Shown here: positions 38,969-49,355 of the stretch, piece by piece
How positions within the stretch are numbered: position 1 is the stretch's first letter
Layout of the letters: the number at the start of each line of letters is the position of its first letter
From: an uncultured Flavobacteriales bacterium
GTDB taxonomy: Bacteria; Bacteroidota; Bacteroidia; Palsa-965
NCBI GenBank assembly: GCA_903873905.1
Contig: CAIQQJ010000145.1
Coordinates: 10,439-74,438 of the forward strand
Direction of reading: 5' to 3'
DNA: 64,000 nucleotides
Program-made: the position numbers and the translations under genes
The notes under the pieces: generated by a model
Told to the model about the DNA's origin: nothing
Seen by the model: the letters and a program-made list of their open reading frames with translations, nothing else
Databases searched by the model: none

Positions 38969-39302
38969 TTTTTATTTAATGAAATAAAGGTATTCAAAAA
39001 ACGTATCGATTTTTTAAGAGAGAAATCATCTTTTCTGTAAAATATTTCCAATTTTTAAATGAAAAAGTTCCAACTCCTAGTATGTTTTGCAATTAGCAAC
39101 TTACAAAAGCAAAAATAGAAATAGCTCAAATGCTCAATCAACACATGAATAATTCACCACATATCCAGAGTAAATTGCCATTTATGAAGAGAAGCAACCT
39201 TTGCGCTAATCCATTCAGAAATCAGCCCTGTTTTTCGTAACTTAGTGCATTAATGTTTTTGGTCACGCCTCCCGTCCAATTGGGTAAAAAAAATATCATT
39301 CC

Positions 39303-40805
39303 ATGAAAAGGATTATCATGTTTGCTTCGCTGCTTTTTGCTGTAGGCAATTCGTTCGCAAGGGAAATCACAGCCAATCTTTCCTGTTGCGCATTCAGCAC
39401 AGCCGATAGTAAAAGTTATGTTGAAACTTATATTTCCATTATTGGTAATTCCGTGACGTACAACAAAAAACCAAATGGGAAATATTCCGCTGCAGTAGAC
39501 GTCGTGATGACTTTTACCAGTAATGATTCCATTCGTTCAGCACAACGTTATATTCTGAACAGTCCTGAAGTAGATGATTCCTCAAAAGCAGTAAATTTTC
39601 TAGACCTCCAACGAATTCCTCTACCTGCAGGATATTATTACTTGCAGGTTTCACTTACCGATTTGAATCGTCAGCCTCAACATCCAATTTCAAATAAAAG
39701 ATCAATTCTTGTTTCCATTGATCAAGATTCTGTCAATCTTTCGGATGTGGAATTGCTGGACAATTATTACAAATCAACAACACAGGGATTGCTAACTAAA
39801 AGCGGTTATGATCTTGTTCCTTATGTTTCTTCCTTTTATCCGCCGAATCTTTCTCAACTTAGTTTTTACTCAGAAATTTATAATACAAGCAAGGTATTAA
39901 AGCCTGAAGAAAAATTTCTTGTCCTGTACTATATCGAATCCGCAGTGAATGGCAATAAAATGTCAGGATTCAGTTCATTTATTAAACCAACACCTGAAAA
40001 AGTCATTCCACTTTTATTTTCATTTAATGTCACCTCATTGCCTTCCGGTAGTTATTATCTCGTAGTGGAAGTTCGTAATGCATCCAATCGATTATTGTCA
40101 ATGCACAAAACTTCGTTCGAACGATTCAATCCTGGTGTGATTTATAAATTGGATGATTTGGCGGCAATTGACATTGCAAATACATTTGCCGGGAAAATAA
40201 AAAATGGAGATTCTCTGGTAGATGTAATTCGAAGTCTTCGTCCCATTAGCAGTTCTTCCGAAATTGAATTTGCGGAAAATAGAATAAAAGCTGGCGACAT
40301 AAAATTAATGCAGCAATATCTTTACAATTTTTGGCTAGCTAGAAACGAACCGAATCCACAAGCTGCTTGGGATAAATACAACAGTGAAGTACAAAGAGTC
40401 AACAAAGAATTTGGAACTCAAATTATGAAAGGTTATGATTCAGACCGTGGCCGCGTTTATTTGCAATATGGACCTCCTGATCAACGTGTGGTAATGAATG
40501 AGGAGCCGAGTGCCTATCCTTATGAAATTTGGCAATACTACAGCATTCGAAACAACCCGAACATTTCAGAAATCAATCAGCCAGATAATGTCACGCAAAC
40601 AAACAAGAAATTTGTTTTTGCAGATTTCGATCTTGTAACAAATAAATACCAACTCATTCATTCCGATGCAAGAGGAGAAACGCGTGATGACAATTGGAAA
40701 CTGCGTTTGGTTAAACGTGACAATGCAACGCACAGCCTCGATCAACAAAATGGAAATCCACAATATGGTGGTCACTCAAATGATTGGTACACTAATCCGC
40801 ATTAA
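39303..40805 (+). CDS. GWxTD-domain protein
   Basis: FW...P...N..F....KGYDSDRGRVYLQYGPPD...PYEIWQY; signal peptide. Confidence 0.9.
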   Translation: MKRIIMFASLLFAVGNSFAREITANLSCCAFSTADSKSYVETYISIIGNSVTYNKKPNGKYSAAVDVVMTFTSNDSIRSAQRYILNSPEVDDSSKAVNFLDLQRIPLPAGYYYLQVSLTDLNRQPQHPISNKRSILVSIDQDSVNLSDVELLDNYYKSTTQGLLTKSGYDLVPYVSSFYPPNLSQLSFYSEIYNTSKVLKPEEKFLVLYYIESAVNGNKMSGFSSFIKPTPEKVIPLLFSFNVTSLPSGSYYLVVEVRNASNRLLSMHKTSFERFNPGVIYKLDDLAAIDIANTFAGKIKNGDSLVDVIRSLRPISSSSEIEFAENRIKAGDIKLMQQYLYNFWLARNEPNPQAAWDKYNSEVQRVNKEFGTQIMKGYDSDRGRVYLQYGPPDQRVVMNEEPSAYPYEIWQYYSIRNNPNISEINQPDNVTQTNKKFVFADFDLVTNKYQLIHSDARGETRDDNWKLRLVKRDNATHSLDQQNGNPQYGGHSNDWYTNPH

Positions 40806-40869
40806 TAAATTCGAAAGTCAAGGATCTGTTAATTGGAATCATTGAATTTTTGAATTTTTGAATTTTTTT

Positions 40870-41904
40870 ATGTCAAAAGTCGCTGTCGTAATTCTGAATT
40901 GGAACGGAAGAAAATTTCTGGAACAATTCCTGCCGTCCGTAATAAATAATAACCCCGACTTTTCCGAAATAATTATTGCAGACAACGCTTCAACCGACGA
41001 TTCTATCGATTGGCTGAAAAACAATTATCCTTCAATTCGCATCATCAGCAATGCCTCCAATTTTGGATTTTCAAAAGGCTATAATGAATCACTAAAACAA
41101 GTTGATGCAGAATATTTTGTGCTGTTGAATTCGGATGTTGAAGTTACTTCTGGATGGCTGGAACCAGTTATTAAATTAATGGACAGTGATTCCAAAATTG
41201 CAGCATGCCAACCAAAAATTCGCGCATTTCATGAGCCCGAAAAATTTGAATATGCAGGAGCAGCAGGAGGATTTATTGATAAATGGGGATATCCATTTTG
41301 CCGAGGAAGAATTTTTGACACCTACGAAACGGATGAAGGCCAATACAATGATTCATGCGAAGTTTTCTGGGCAACTGGCGCCTGTTTATTTGTTCGTGCA
41401 AATGCGTGGAAAGAAGTGAGCGGATTAGACGAAGATTTTTTCGCACATATGGAGGAAATTGATTTGTGTTGGAGAATGCGTAACCACGGATGGAAAGTGA
41501 TGTATTGCGGAGACTCCTCCGTTTTTCACGTGGGCGGTGGAACATTGGCAAAACAAAACCCCAAAAAAACATTTCTGAATTTCAGAAACAACCTTCTTCT
41601 TCTTGTAAAAAATCATTCCACACGATTTTTTATTTTGAAAATTTTTCTAAGAATGTGTTTGGATGGAATTGCAGGGATGAAATTTTTGTTGAGCGGGGAA
41701 ATCAATCATTGCTTTGCAGTCATCCATGCGCATTTTAGTTTTTATGGCATGTTAGGAAAAACCCTGAGCAAAAGAAATGCGATGAAAAAGGAAATTGAAA
41801 AATACGCCACCACCTGCATCTATGAAAAAACATTGATCATGGAATATTTTTTCAGAGGCAAGAAAAAATTCAGTGATTTAGATAAAGCGAAATTCAGTAA
41901 ATAA
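40870..41904 (+). CDS. Glycosyltransferase family 2
   Basis: VVILNWNG, DNASTDDS, LLNSDVE, WATGAC and EEIDLCWR motifs. Confidence 0.93.
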   Translation: MSKVAVVILNWNGRKFLEQFLPSVINNNPDFSEIIIADNASTDDSIDWLKNNYPSIRIISNASNFGFSKGYNESLKQVDAEYFVLLNSDVEVTSGWLEPVIKLMDSDSKIAACQPKIRAFHEPEKFEYAGAAGGFIDKWGYPFCRGRIFDTYETDEGQYNDSCEVFWATGACLFVRANAWKEVSGLDEDFFAHMEEIDLCWRMRNHGWKVMYCGDSSVFHVGGGTLAKQNPKKTFLNFRNNLLLLVKNHSTRFFILKIFLRMCLDGIAGMKFLLSGEINHCFAVIHAHFSFYGMLGKTLSKRNAMKKEIEKYATTCIYEKTLIMEYFFRGKKKFSDLDKAKFSK

Positions 41905-41987
41905 TAAATTGCCTATTTATTAATTTCCAATTCCAGTTTTTTTGAACCTCTTCAATTCGAAATTGGCGATCACCAAATTGCAAATCG

Positions 41988-42740
41988 CTACTTCTCACCC
42001 AAAATCCCAACGGGTCTCATTTTAGTTCTCAATTTGAATTTTTCAATCGCTTTTATTTGAAGCCAATTCATTGCTTCTTCCACCGAATCGGTAAACAGAA
42101 TGATTTCCAAATCGGCTCTTGCGATTGTACCTTCAGCAATCATCATTTCAAAGTGTTCTCTTAACTTTTTGTGATAATCCATTCCCATTACCACAATTGG
42201 GAAATGAAGCATTTTCCCGGTTTGCACCAAAGTTACGGCTTCAAAAAGTTCATCAAGGGTACCAAAACCTCCTGGCATCACCACATAAGCATAGGAATAT
42301 TTCGAGAGCAAGACTTTCCGCACAAAAAAGAATCGAATATCCACCCAAGTATCCAAATAAGGATTCGGGTGCTGTTCATGGGGTAGTATTATATTACAAC
42401 CAACGGACCTCCCACCCTCTTCCTTTGCACCACGATTGGCCGCTTCCATTATTCCTGGACCACCACCCGTCATGACTGTAAATCCCAATTTTGCGATTCC
42501 TTTTCCGGCTTCACGAGCAAGCTCATAATATTGATGGCCTTCCTTAAATCGTGCCGATCCAAAAACAGTAACACAAGGGCCAACGAAATGTAATTTTCGT
42601 AATCCTCGAATAAATTCCCACAAAACTTTAATAACGAAAACAAATTCTTTTTTCCGTGAACGTGGCCCTTCTAAAAATGCCCTTTCCTGCTTGACCCTTT
42701 CAACTGATTCTTCAGCCACTTTTTTCACATCGATTTCCAT
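41988..42740 (-). CDS. LOG-family (TIGR00730) nucleotide phosphoribohydrolase
   Basis: VFGSAR, TGGGPGIMEAAN, FFVRK and PGGFGTLDE motifs. Confidence 0.93.
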   Translation of the reverse strand: MEIDVKKVAEESVERVKQERAFLEGPRSRKKEFVFVIKVLWEFIRGLRKLHFVGPCVTVFGSARFKEGHQYYELAREAGKGIAKLGFTVMTGGGPGIMEAANRGAKEEGGRSVGCNIILPHEQHPNPYLDTWVDIRFFFVRKVLLSKYSYAYVVMPGGFGTLDELFEAVTLVQTGKMLHFPIVVMGMDYHKKLREHFEMMIAEGTIARADLEIILFTDSVEEAMNWLQIKAIEKFKLRTKMRPVGILGEK

Positions 42741-42840
42741 TCCGGTAATTGGTTCTTAAAAATAATTAAGAAATACTGTATGATAGCGGATACAAAAAAG
42801 CCGCTTCTGTAGGAAACGGCTCTTCTGAATATTGCTGAAA

Positions 42841-43932
42841 TTATTTGACACATTCTTTTAGAAATTCCGTTGCGTCCGGATTTCCCAATTGTGATGCTCT
42901 TCCAAAATCCTTACAGGCTTTTCCACTGTCTTTCATTTCACGTTCAAGCAAAGCACGACGGTAATAAGCTTCAGGGTCAGAAGGGCGAAGTGAAATTGCC
43001 TGACCATAATCGTAAATGGCTGAAGTCTGTTGATTTTTTCTTTCGCAACATTGAGCACGAAAAACATAAGCATCATAATTCATAGGATCTCTTGTAATGG
43101 TCTTTGTAAGAAAGTCGAAAGCCTTTTCAAAATTTTCAAGATTGAAATAATACACTCCCAATTGGTAATAACCATCAGGATTAGTTGGAGAAAGTTCTGT
43201 TGCTTTCGTGAAATCTTCTAGCGCTTGTTCATTTTTCTTCAACCCTTCATAAGCTTGACCACGTTTTGAATAATAGGCGCCAGAATCTGTACAAAGAGCA
43301 ATGGCCTGATTCAACGAAACAATTGCCTCATCATATTTACGAAGTGTAAGATTAGAACATCCATCTTTATAATGTTGCTGAGCTGTATTCCAACAAAAGT
43401 TGTCATCAAATGCAACTTTTGCCTTCTCACTTCCAAGTGATGCGGCTTTGCTCATATCAATACAAGCATTTTCCCTGTTGTCTTTAGAATTGATAATCAA
43501 TGCACGTTGGTAATAGGCATCAGCAAATGAACTGTTCAAACAAATTGCAATACCCAAATCAGGTGTTGCTTCTACCTTTTTCATCAATGAAACATTGCAC
43601 ATGGCACGGCCATAATACAATTTCGCCCAATCGGAATAATTCTTTTTCACTTCATCCTGATTCTGATTTGCTTTCTCAAACTCACTCATCTTATCATAAT
43701 CAGTTTTGAGTTTGACAATCCTTTGCACATCCGCATCAATCTTGGTGATCTCGGTGGTGTAATCAGCAATCGCACCAGTGAAATCGCCCTTGTCGCGTTT
43801 CATATCACCAGAAGCAGACGGACCTGAATAAACAACGGTCTGTTTTGAAGGAGGAGTTTGTGCCTTTAAGTCAGAAACAAAAATGTTCAAACCGACAAAA
43901 ACAGAAATGAGAAGTAAGTAATTCTTATTCAT
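42841..43932 (-). CDS. Exported TPR-repeat protein
   Basis: Signal peptide; repeated A..DY.KAI.L.P...AY..R; ACKDF..A..LG. Confidence 0.88.
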   Translation of the reverse strand: MNKNYLLLISVFVGLNIFVSDLKAQTPPSKQTVVYSGPSASGDMKRDKGDFTGAIADYTTEITKIDADVQRIVKLKTDYDKMSEFEKANQNQDEVKKNYSDWAKLYYGRAMCNVSLMKKVEATPDLGIAICLNSSFADAYYQRALIINSKDNRENACIDMSKAASLGSEKAKVAFDDNFCWNTAQQHYKDGCSNLTLRKYDEAIVSLNQAIALCTDSGAYYSKRGQAYEGLKKNEQALEDFTKATELSPTNPDGYYQLGVYYFNLENFEKAFDFLTKTITRDPMNYDAYVFRAQCCERKNQQTSAIYDYGQAISLRPSDPEAYYRRALLEREMKDSGKACKDFGRASQLGNPDATEFLKECVK

Positions 43933-44057
43933 GCAATTAGTTTTAAATTATGGGACAAAGCTATTCAAATTCAGCCAATCAGGAAAAACTGTAATGGTCT
44001 TTCAGCAAAATGCATGGACGTTATTCTGAAAGAACCATGCCAATTTTGAAAATCAGC

Positions 44058-45845
44058 TCACATCCTTTCTGGAACATCAATTCCAAGCATGTTAAAAGCG
44101 GATTTAATAGTCCTCGCAACCGAAATAGAAAGTGCCAAGCGGAAATCTCTAAGTGCTCCATTTTCCTCCTTTAACACTGGACAAACATCATAAAACTGAT
44201 TGAAAGTTTTCGCCAATTCATAAGTGAAATTCGCAATCAATGCGGGCGACAATTCTTTGGCGGCATCAGCAATTGATTTTGGAAAACCGAAAAGATGTTT
44301 AATCAATTCTTTTTCTTTGGGATGGATGGCGACTGACAAATCTAATTGGGGAATTTCTTTCAATTCTGATTTTTTCCAAATGCTGCGAATCCGCGCATGC
44401 GTGTATTGTATGAAAGGGCCTGTGTTACCATGCAGGTCAATGCTTTCTTTGGGGTCAAAAAGCATTTTCTTTTTTGGATCAACTTTTAGGATAAAATATT
44501 TCAATGCTGCCATTCCAATCATATGGGAAAGTGCGGCCTTTTCGGTTTCACTCATTCCCTCCACCAAACCTTTTTGTTCCGACAATTCCAAGGCATCATT
44601 CTCCATCTTCTCAATCAAATCATCCGCGTCAACAACAGTTCCTTCACGCGATTTCATTTTCCCTTCTGGTAATTCCACCATTCCATAGGACAAGTGATAA
44701 AGACCTTTCGCCCAATCATAACCCAATTTCTCCAAACACATTTTCAAAACCTTGAAATGATAGTCCTGTTCATTTCCAACAGTGTAAACCAATTTTTCAA
44801 ATGGAAATTCTTTGTGCCGTTCAACTGCAGTTCCCAAATCCTGCGTCATATAAACTGAGGTGCCATCGCTACGCAATAAAACTTTCTCATCTAGTTTCTC
44901 TGCGGTAAGGTCAATTATTACAGCTCCATCAGCACGCTTCACAAAAACATTTTTTTTCAGACCTTCTTCAATAATTTCTTTTCCAAGAATGTAAGTATTG
45001 GATTCGTAATAGATTTTATCAAATTCAACACCGAGCTTTTCATACGTTTTCGCAAACCCATCATAAACCCACCCATTCATTTTTGACCACAATTCTTTTA
45101 CCTCTGTATCACCAGCTTCCCATTTCTGAAGCATTTCCTGTGCTTCCAAAATCAGAGGTGCATTTTTTTCCGCTTCCTCAGCACTTTTTCCACTTGATTT
45201 TAGACTTTCTATTTGGGACTTATAGTGTTTATCAAATTCAACATAATATTTCCCTACCAAATGATCCCCTTTCAGTCCGCTTAGTTCAGGGGTTTCGCCA
45301 TTTCCCCACTTTTGCCAGGCCAACATGCTCTTACAAATGTGAATTCCCCGGTCATTGACCAGATTAACCATCATAACATTATTCCCATCCGCCTTTAGTA
45401 TCTGACTAACAGAATAACCCAAGAGGTTGTTGCGGACATGACCTAAATGAAGTGGTTTATTGGTGTTGGGTGAACTGTATTCAACCATCACAAGGGGCGC
45501 GGATGGCACTAGTTTTTTTATTCCAAACGTATCGTCTTTTACAATTTCCTTGAATTGTTCCTTCCAAAAGTCATCGGTAAAGACCAAATTAAGGAAACCC
45601 TTGACCACATTATAGCTTTCTATTTCAGTAACGGAATTCTTTAGGAAATCGCCAATTATTTGCCCCGTCTGTTCCGGCCCTTTGCCAGCCAGCTTTACAT
45701 AGGGGAAAACAACCAATGTAATATCACCTTCAAACTGGGGATTTGTATTGCTGAATAAAATAGTTGAAGGGTCAATTTTTGAACCAAAAAGGTTCTCAAT
45801 GGCATTTGTAACCGGTATGGAAAGTAGAGATTCTAGAGATTGCAT
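44058..45845 (-). CDS. argS: Arginine--tRNA ligase
   Basis: VEYSSPNTNKPLHLGH; KMKSREG; GNTGPFIQYTHAR; C-terminal PERM. Confidence 0.98.
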   Translation of the reverse strand: MQSLESLLSIPVTNAIENLFGSKIDPSTILFSNTNPQFEGDITLVVFPYVKLAGKGPEQTGQIIGDFLKNSVTEIESYNVVKGFLNLVFTDDFWKEQFKEIVKDDTFGIKKLVPSAPLVMVEYSSPNTNKPLHLGHVRNNLLGYSVSQILKADGNNVMMVNLVNDRGIHICKSMLAWQKWGNGETPELSGLKGDHLVGKYYVEFDKHYKSQIESLKSSGKSAEEAEKNAPLILEAQEMLQKWEAGDTEVKELWSKMNGWVYDGFAKTYEKLGVEFDKIYYESNTYILGKEIIEEGLKKNVFVKRADGAVIIDLTAEKLDEKVLLRSDGTSVYMTQDLGTAVERHKEFPFEKLVYTVGNEQDYHFKVLKMCLEKLGYDWAKGLYHLSYGMVELPEGKMKSREGTVVDADDLIEKMENDALELSEQKGLVEGMSETEKAALSHMIGMAALKYFILKVDPKKKMLFDPKESIDLHGNTGPFIQYTHARIRSIWKKSELKEIPQLDLSVAIHPKEKELIKHLFGFPKSIADAAKELSPALIANFTYELAKTFNQFYDVCPVLKEENGALRDFRLALSISVARTIKSAFNMLGIDVPERM

Positions 45846-45848
45846 AAA

Positions 45849-46799
45849 TTAATTGGTAAGTTGAGCTACTACTTTGGTGAGGATTTCAAAAGTGTTTTCG
45901 GCCATTAAATTCTCCTTATCAAGTGTTGGATTGACTTCGCAGACTTCAAAACAACAAACTTTCTCATTCTGAATAAGTCTCACCAATAAGGAACCCGCTT
46001 CTTTTTCAGTTATTCCGTTTCTAACCGGTGTTCCTGTTCCCTTAGAAATGGAGGAGTCCATACAATCCACATCAAATGAAATGTATATAAGGCTACACTG
46101 GTTTAAGTGGGATAAAGTATCGCGTGCAATTCGCTCAACTCCATGTCGCTTCACTTCCGCCGTGGTGAACATTTTAACATGATGTTTCTTAAGTAGCGAT
46201 GTTTCTTCTGGTTCGACATCGCGAACACCAATATAAACAAGGTCGCGATAATTGATTTTTGGAACAATTCCCCCTATTTCTTTCAACTTTTTCCAATGTT
46301 CCACGGTCTCTTTATCGGGCTTATTCATCTTATTCCCAATGTTGTCTTCGGCTAAAGATGCCGCAATCGGCATGCCATGGAGATTGCCAGAAGGGGAGGT
46401 CCATGGAGAATGAATATCAGCATGAGCATCAATCCAAATCACACCAAGTCTAGCTTTTGGATAAGCCATTCTGATCCCGGCAATGGTCCCTCCAGCCGTA
46501 CTATGATCGCCAGCTAGTATCAAAGGGAAGCCATTTGACTTAAGTGTTTTTTGAACTTCAAGCCCAATTCTATCATACATCGTTATTAAACCCTTGATCC
46601 TCTTGGCATAAGGACTTCCTGGCGATTCAAAAAGGAGATGATTCTCATTTTTAATTTCGACCGTTTCAAAGGTTTTAAACATATTGGAACCATAGTCCAA
46701 AGCCGCAATTTTAATGGCATCTACGCCAAGACTGGCACCTCGCGTACCAGCCCCAATTTCGGACTTCACTTCAACGAACTTTATTTTTCGATTTGCCAT
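45849..46799 (-). CDS. rocF: Arginase
   Basis: GDHS, DAHADIH, SGNLHGMP, SFDVD, GTP and EVNP motifs. Confidence 0.95.
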   Translation of the reverse strand: MANRKIKFVEVKSEIGAGTRGASLGVDAIKIAALDYGSNMFKTFETVEIKNENHLLFESPGSPYAKRIKGLITMYDRIGLEVQKTLKSNGFPLILAGDHSTAGGTIAGIRMAYPKARLGVIWIDAHADIHSPWTSPSGNLHGMPIAASLAEDNIGNKMNKPDKETVEHWKKLKEIGGIVPKINYRDLVYIGVRDVEPEETSLLKKHHVKMFTTAEVKRHGVERIARDTLSHLNQCSLIYISFDVDCMDSSISKGTGTPVRNGITEKEAGSLLVRLIQNEKVCCFEVCEVNPTLDKENLMAENTFEILTKVVAQLTN

Positions 46800-46840
46800 G
46801 ATTTAGGCGTTTTATTGACATATTTTTAATCCAAGTCACT

Positions 46841-46848
46841 TACATTTG
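46841..46848 (+). promoter_or_regulatory. -7 box TACATTTG for speA
   Basis: TAnnTTTG upstream of the ATG at 46903. Confidence 0.55.
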
Positions 46849-46902
46849 CATAACATGTATACAAGTAACTCACCCGCTTCACAGAAAGCACATTCGGTAG
46901 CG

Positions 46903-48300
46903 ATGGAAAACACCTACCAGAAGTTAATCGAACAGACGTTTAACTTTCCACAAGAAGGCTTCTCTGTTGCCGACAATGAACTGTATTTCAATGATATTCC
47001 CTTGATGGATATTATTAAAAAATATGGAACGCCATTGAAAATCACTTATCTGCCAAAAATTAGTCAACAGATCCAAAAAGCCAAACGCTTATTTAATGTC
47101 GCAATGGCCAAAGTGGATTACAAAGGTAGTTATACCTACTGTTATTGCACTAAAAGTTCCCATTTTTCATTTGTTATGGAAGAAGCGTTGAAGAACGATA
47201 TCCACATTGAAACTTCTTCGGCTTACGACATTTATATCATCAAGGAACTTTTCAAAAAAGGTTTAATAAAAAAAGACCGTTTTATTGTTTGTAATGGATA
47301 CAAACGCAAACAATACCAGCAGCTCATTACTGAATTAGCAAATGACGGCTTTAATGTACTTCCTGTTCTGGACAACAAAACTGAAATCGATTATTACTCG
47401 AAGAATATCAAAGCACCAAAAATGAAAATTGGTATTCGGATTGCGTCTGAGGAAGAACCTAATTTTCAGTTTTACACTTCACGTTTGGGAATACGCCATA
47501 GTGAGATTGTCCAATACTACAAGGATAAAATTCTCAGCAATCCGAAATTTGAATTGAAGATGCTCCACTTCTTCATCAATACTGGAATCAAAGACACCAT
47601 CTATTATTGGACAGAATTGGCCAAGTGCATGAAAGTATATTGGGAATTAAAAAGCATTTGCCCAACACTTGATTCATTGAACATCGGAGGAGGAATGCCT
47701 ATAAAAACATCTTTGGGTTTCGAATACGATTATGAATACATGATTGAAGAAATCATTTCTCAAATCAAGAATTTCTGCGACAATAATGATATTCCAGAGC
47801 CGAATATTTTTACTGAATTCGGATCTTTCACTGTAAGCGAAAGCGGTGCTGCCCTTTATTCTGTTGTTGACATTAAGCTCCAGAATGATCGAGAGCTTTG
47901 GTATATGATTGACAGTTCCTTCATCACCACTTTGCCAGATACATGGGGAATAAATCAGCGCTTCATTTTGCTTGCAATTAACAATTGGGAAAGGGAATAT
48001 CAACCTGTCAATTTGGGTGGACTTACCTGTGATAGCATGGACTATTACAATACGGAAGCGCATGCCAACAATGTCTATCTTCCCAAATTAAATCCAAATG
48101 CCAAAGACCCGCTTTACATTGGATTTTTCCATACTGGTGCTTATCAAGAATCACTAGGTGGCTATGGTGGAATTCAACACTGCTTGATGCCTGCTCCGAA
48201 ACATGTCATTATTGACAGAGATGAAGACGGTGAAATTACAACCAGATTATTCGCCAAAGAGCAGAGTTATAAATCAATGTTGAAGACTTTGGGTTATTAG
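46903..48300 (+). CDS. speA: Arginine decarboxylase (short Bacteroidota type, group IV PLP enzyme)
   Basis: YCYCTKS (PLP Lys), CNGYK, SRLG, NIGGG, LTCDS.DYY and GAYQ motifs. Confidence 0.9.
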   Translation: MENTYQKLIEQTFNFPQEGFSVADNELYFNDIPLMDIIKKYGTPLKITYLPKISQQIQKAKRLFNVAMAKVDYKGSYTYCYCTKSSHFSFVMEEALKNDIHIETSSAYDIYIIKELFKKGLIKKDRFIVCNGYKRKQYQQLITELANDGFNVLPVLDNKTEIDYYSKNIKAPKMKIGIRIASEEEPNFQFYTSRLGIRHSEIVQYYKDKILSNPKFELKMLHFFINTGIKDTIYYWTELAKCMKVYWELKSICPTLDSLNIGGGMPIKTSLGFEYDYEYMIEEIISQIKNFCDNNDIPEPNIFTEFGSFTVSESGAALYSVVDIKLQNDRELWYMIDSSFITTLPDTWGINQRFILLAINNWEREYQPVNLGGLTCDSMDYYNTEAHANNVYLPKLNPNAKDPLYIGFFHTGAYQESLGGYGGIQHCLMPAPKHVIIDRDEDGEITTRLFAKEQSYKSMLKTLGY

Positions 48301-48467
48301 AATTCCCCAATTTATAGTTATGATTTGATGCGGCTGATTTATCGAATCAAAAAAAACAGCAATTCGTAATTCCCTCATTGCACATCATTTAAAATTAATC
48401 TTTACCTTGCCCATCCGATGAAATAAATCTGTTTTAATAGAACTGATTTATTTCGAAGAAGAATGAT

Positions 48468-49193
48468 ATGAAAACCAGTTTAACCCCAACAATTTGCCTT
48501 TTTTTCCTTGCATTGCTTTTGCTAACTCAGGCATGCACTGGGATATTCAAAAAAGACATCAAAGAAGGCATAATTGAATTCAAAGCAGAAGCGGTGGATT
48601 CAAAAGAGCATGCCTCCATGACCGTTCCGGATAAGATGATTGTGAAATTCAAAAACGATTTTTCAGCAGCAGAACTGGAAGCTGGATTGGGATTTGCCAA
48701 AATGAAATTCATATCCGATCCTGTCAAAAAACAGTTTAGATCCCAAGTTTTCTTTTTTGAGAAGAAGCAAAGCACTATGAATTTGGCAGAAGTTCAAAAA
48801 ACAAATTATTACCTACCAGATTACGATGTTGTTTATGGAAATACAACAAAAGAATTTGCGGGATACAAATGCAGAAATGCAACGATTAAATTCAAGGACG
48901 GAACACCTTCTTATGATGTTTGGTTTACAAAAGATATCGGAATAAAAAACCCTAATTGGTCCAACGCTTATTACAAAATAGATGGTGTGCTAATGGATTA
49001 CCGCTTGAGAAAGTATGGATTGGAATTGCATTTTACTGCAACTAGCGTATCCCCAGCAACAATAGATGATGCATATTTTACAATTCCTGCAGAATTTGAA
49101 CCCGTAAAGAATTCAGAATTGGAGAATATGTTTGAAGGTTTCTATTCGAGTATAAAACCAAAATCGAGCAATTATTCCCTCGCTAGCCTTTAA
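48468..49193 (+). CDS. Lipoprotein, GLPGLI/DUF4412-like
   Basis: Lipobox TQAC; TKEFAGYKC..A...VWFT.DI...GVLM.Y...F.IP. Confidence 0.7.
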   Translation: MKTSLTPTICLFFLALLLLTQACTGIFKKDIKEGIIEFKAEAVDSKEHASMTVPDKMIVKFKNDFSAAELEAGLGFAKMKFISDPVKKQFRSQVFFFEKKQSTMNLAEVQKTNYYLPDYDVVYGNTTKEFAGYKCRNATIKFKDGTPSYDVWFTKDIGIKNPNWSNAYYKIDGVLMDYRLRKYGLELHFTATSVSPATIDDAYFTIPAEFEPVKNSELENMFEGFYSSIKPKSSNYSLASL

Positions 49194-49215
49194 TTTTCAA
49201 TCCAATTTCGCCTCT

Positions 49216-49241
49216 AAAAGCCTCTATTTGGAGGCTTTTTT
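49216..49241 (+). terminator. Intrinsic terminator
   Basis: AAAAGCCTC-6 nt-GAGGCTTTTTT. Confidence 0.75.
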
Positions 49242-49355
49242 GTTTAAACACCGTTTCGTTCATAACATTTCAAGTTCACAGAGACCTCCGCAATGGCTTT
49301 CCCTATTTTTGTTTAAATGGACTCCTTATGAGTTTGTTCGAAATGCAATTATAAA

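Noticed and set aside
36021-39300. Integrase-type genomic island downstream of tRNA-Ser
   Set aside because: No integrase is present and I found no duplicated tRNA 3' end (att site).
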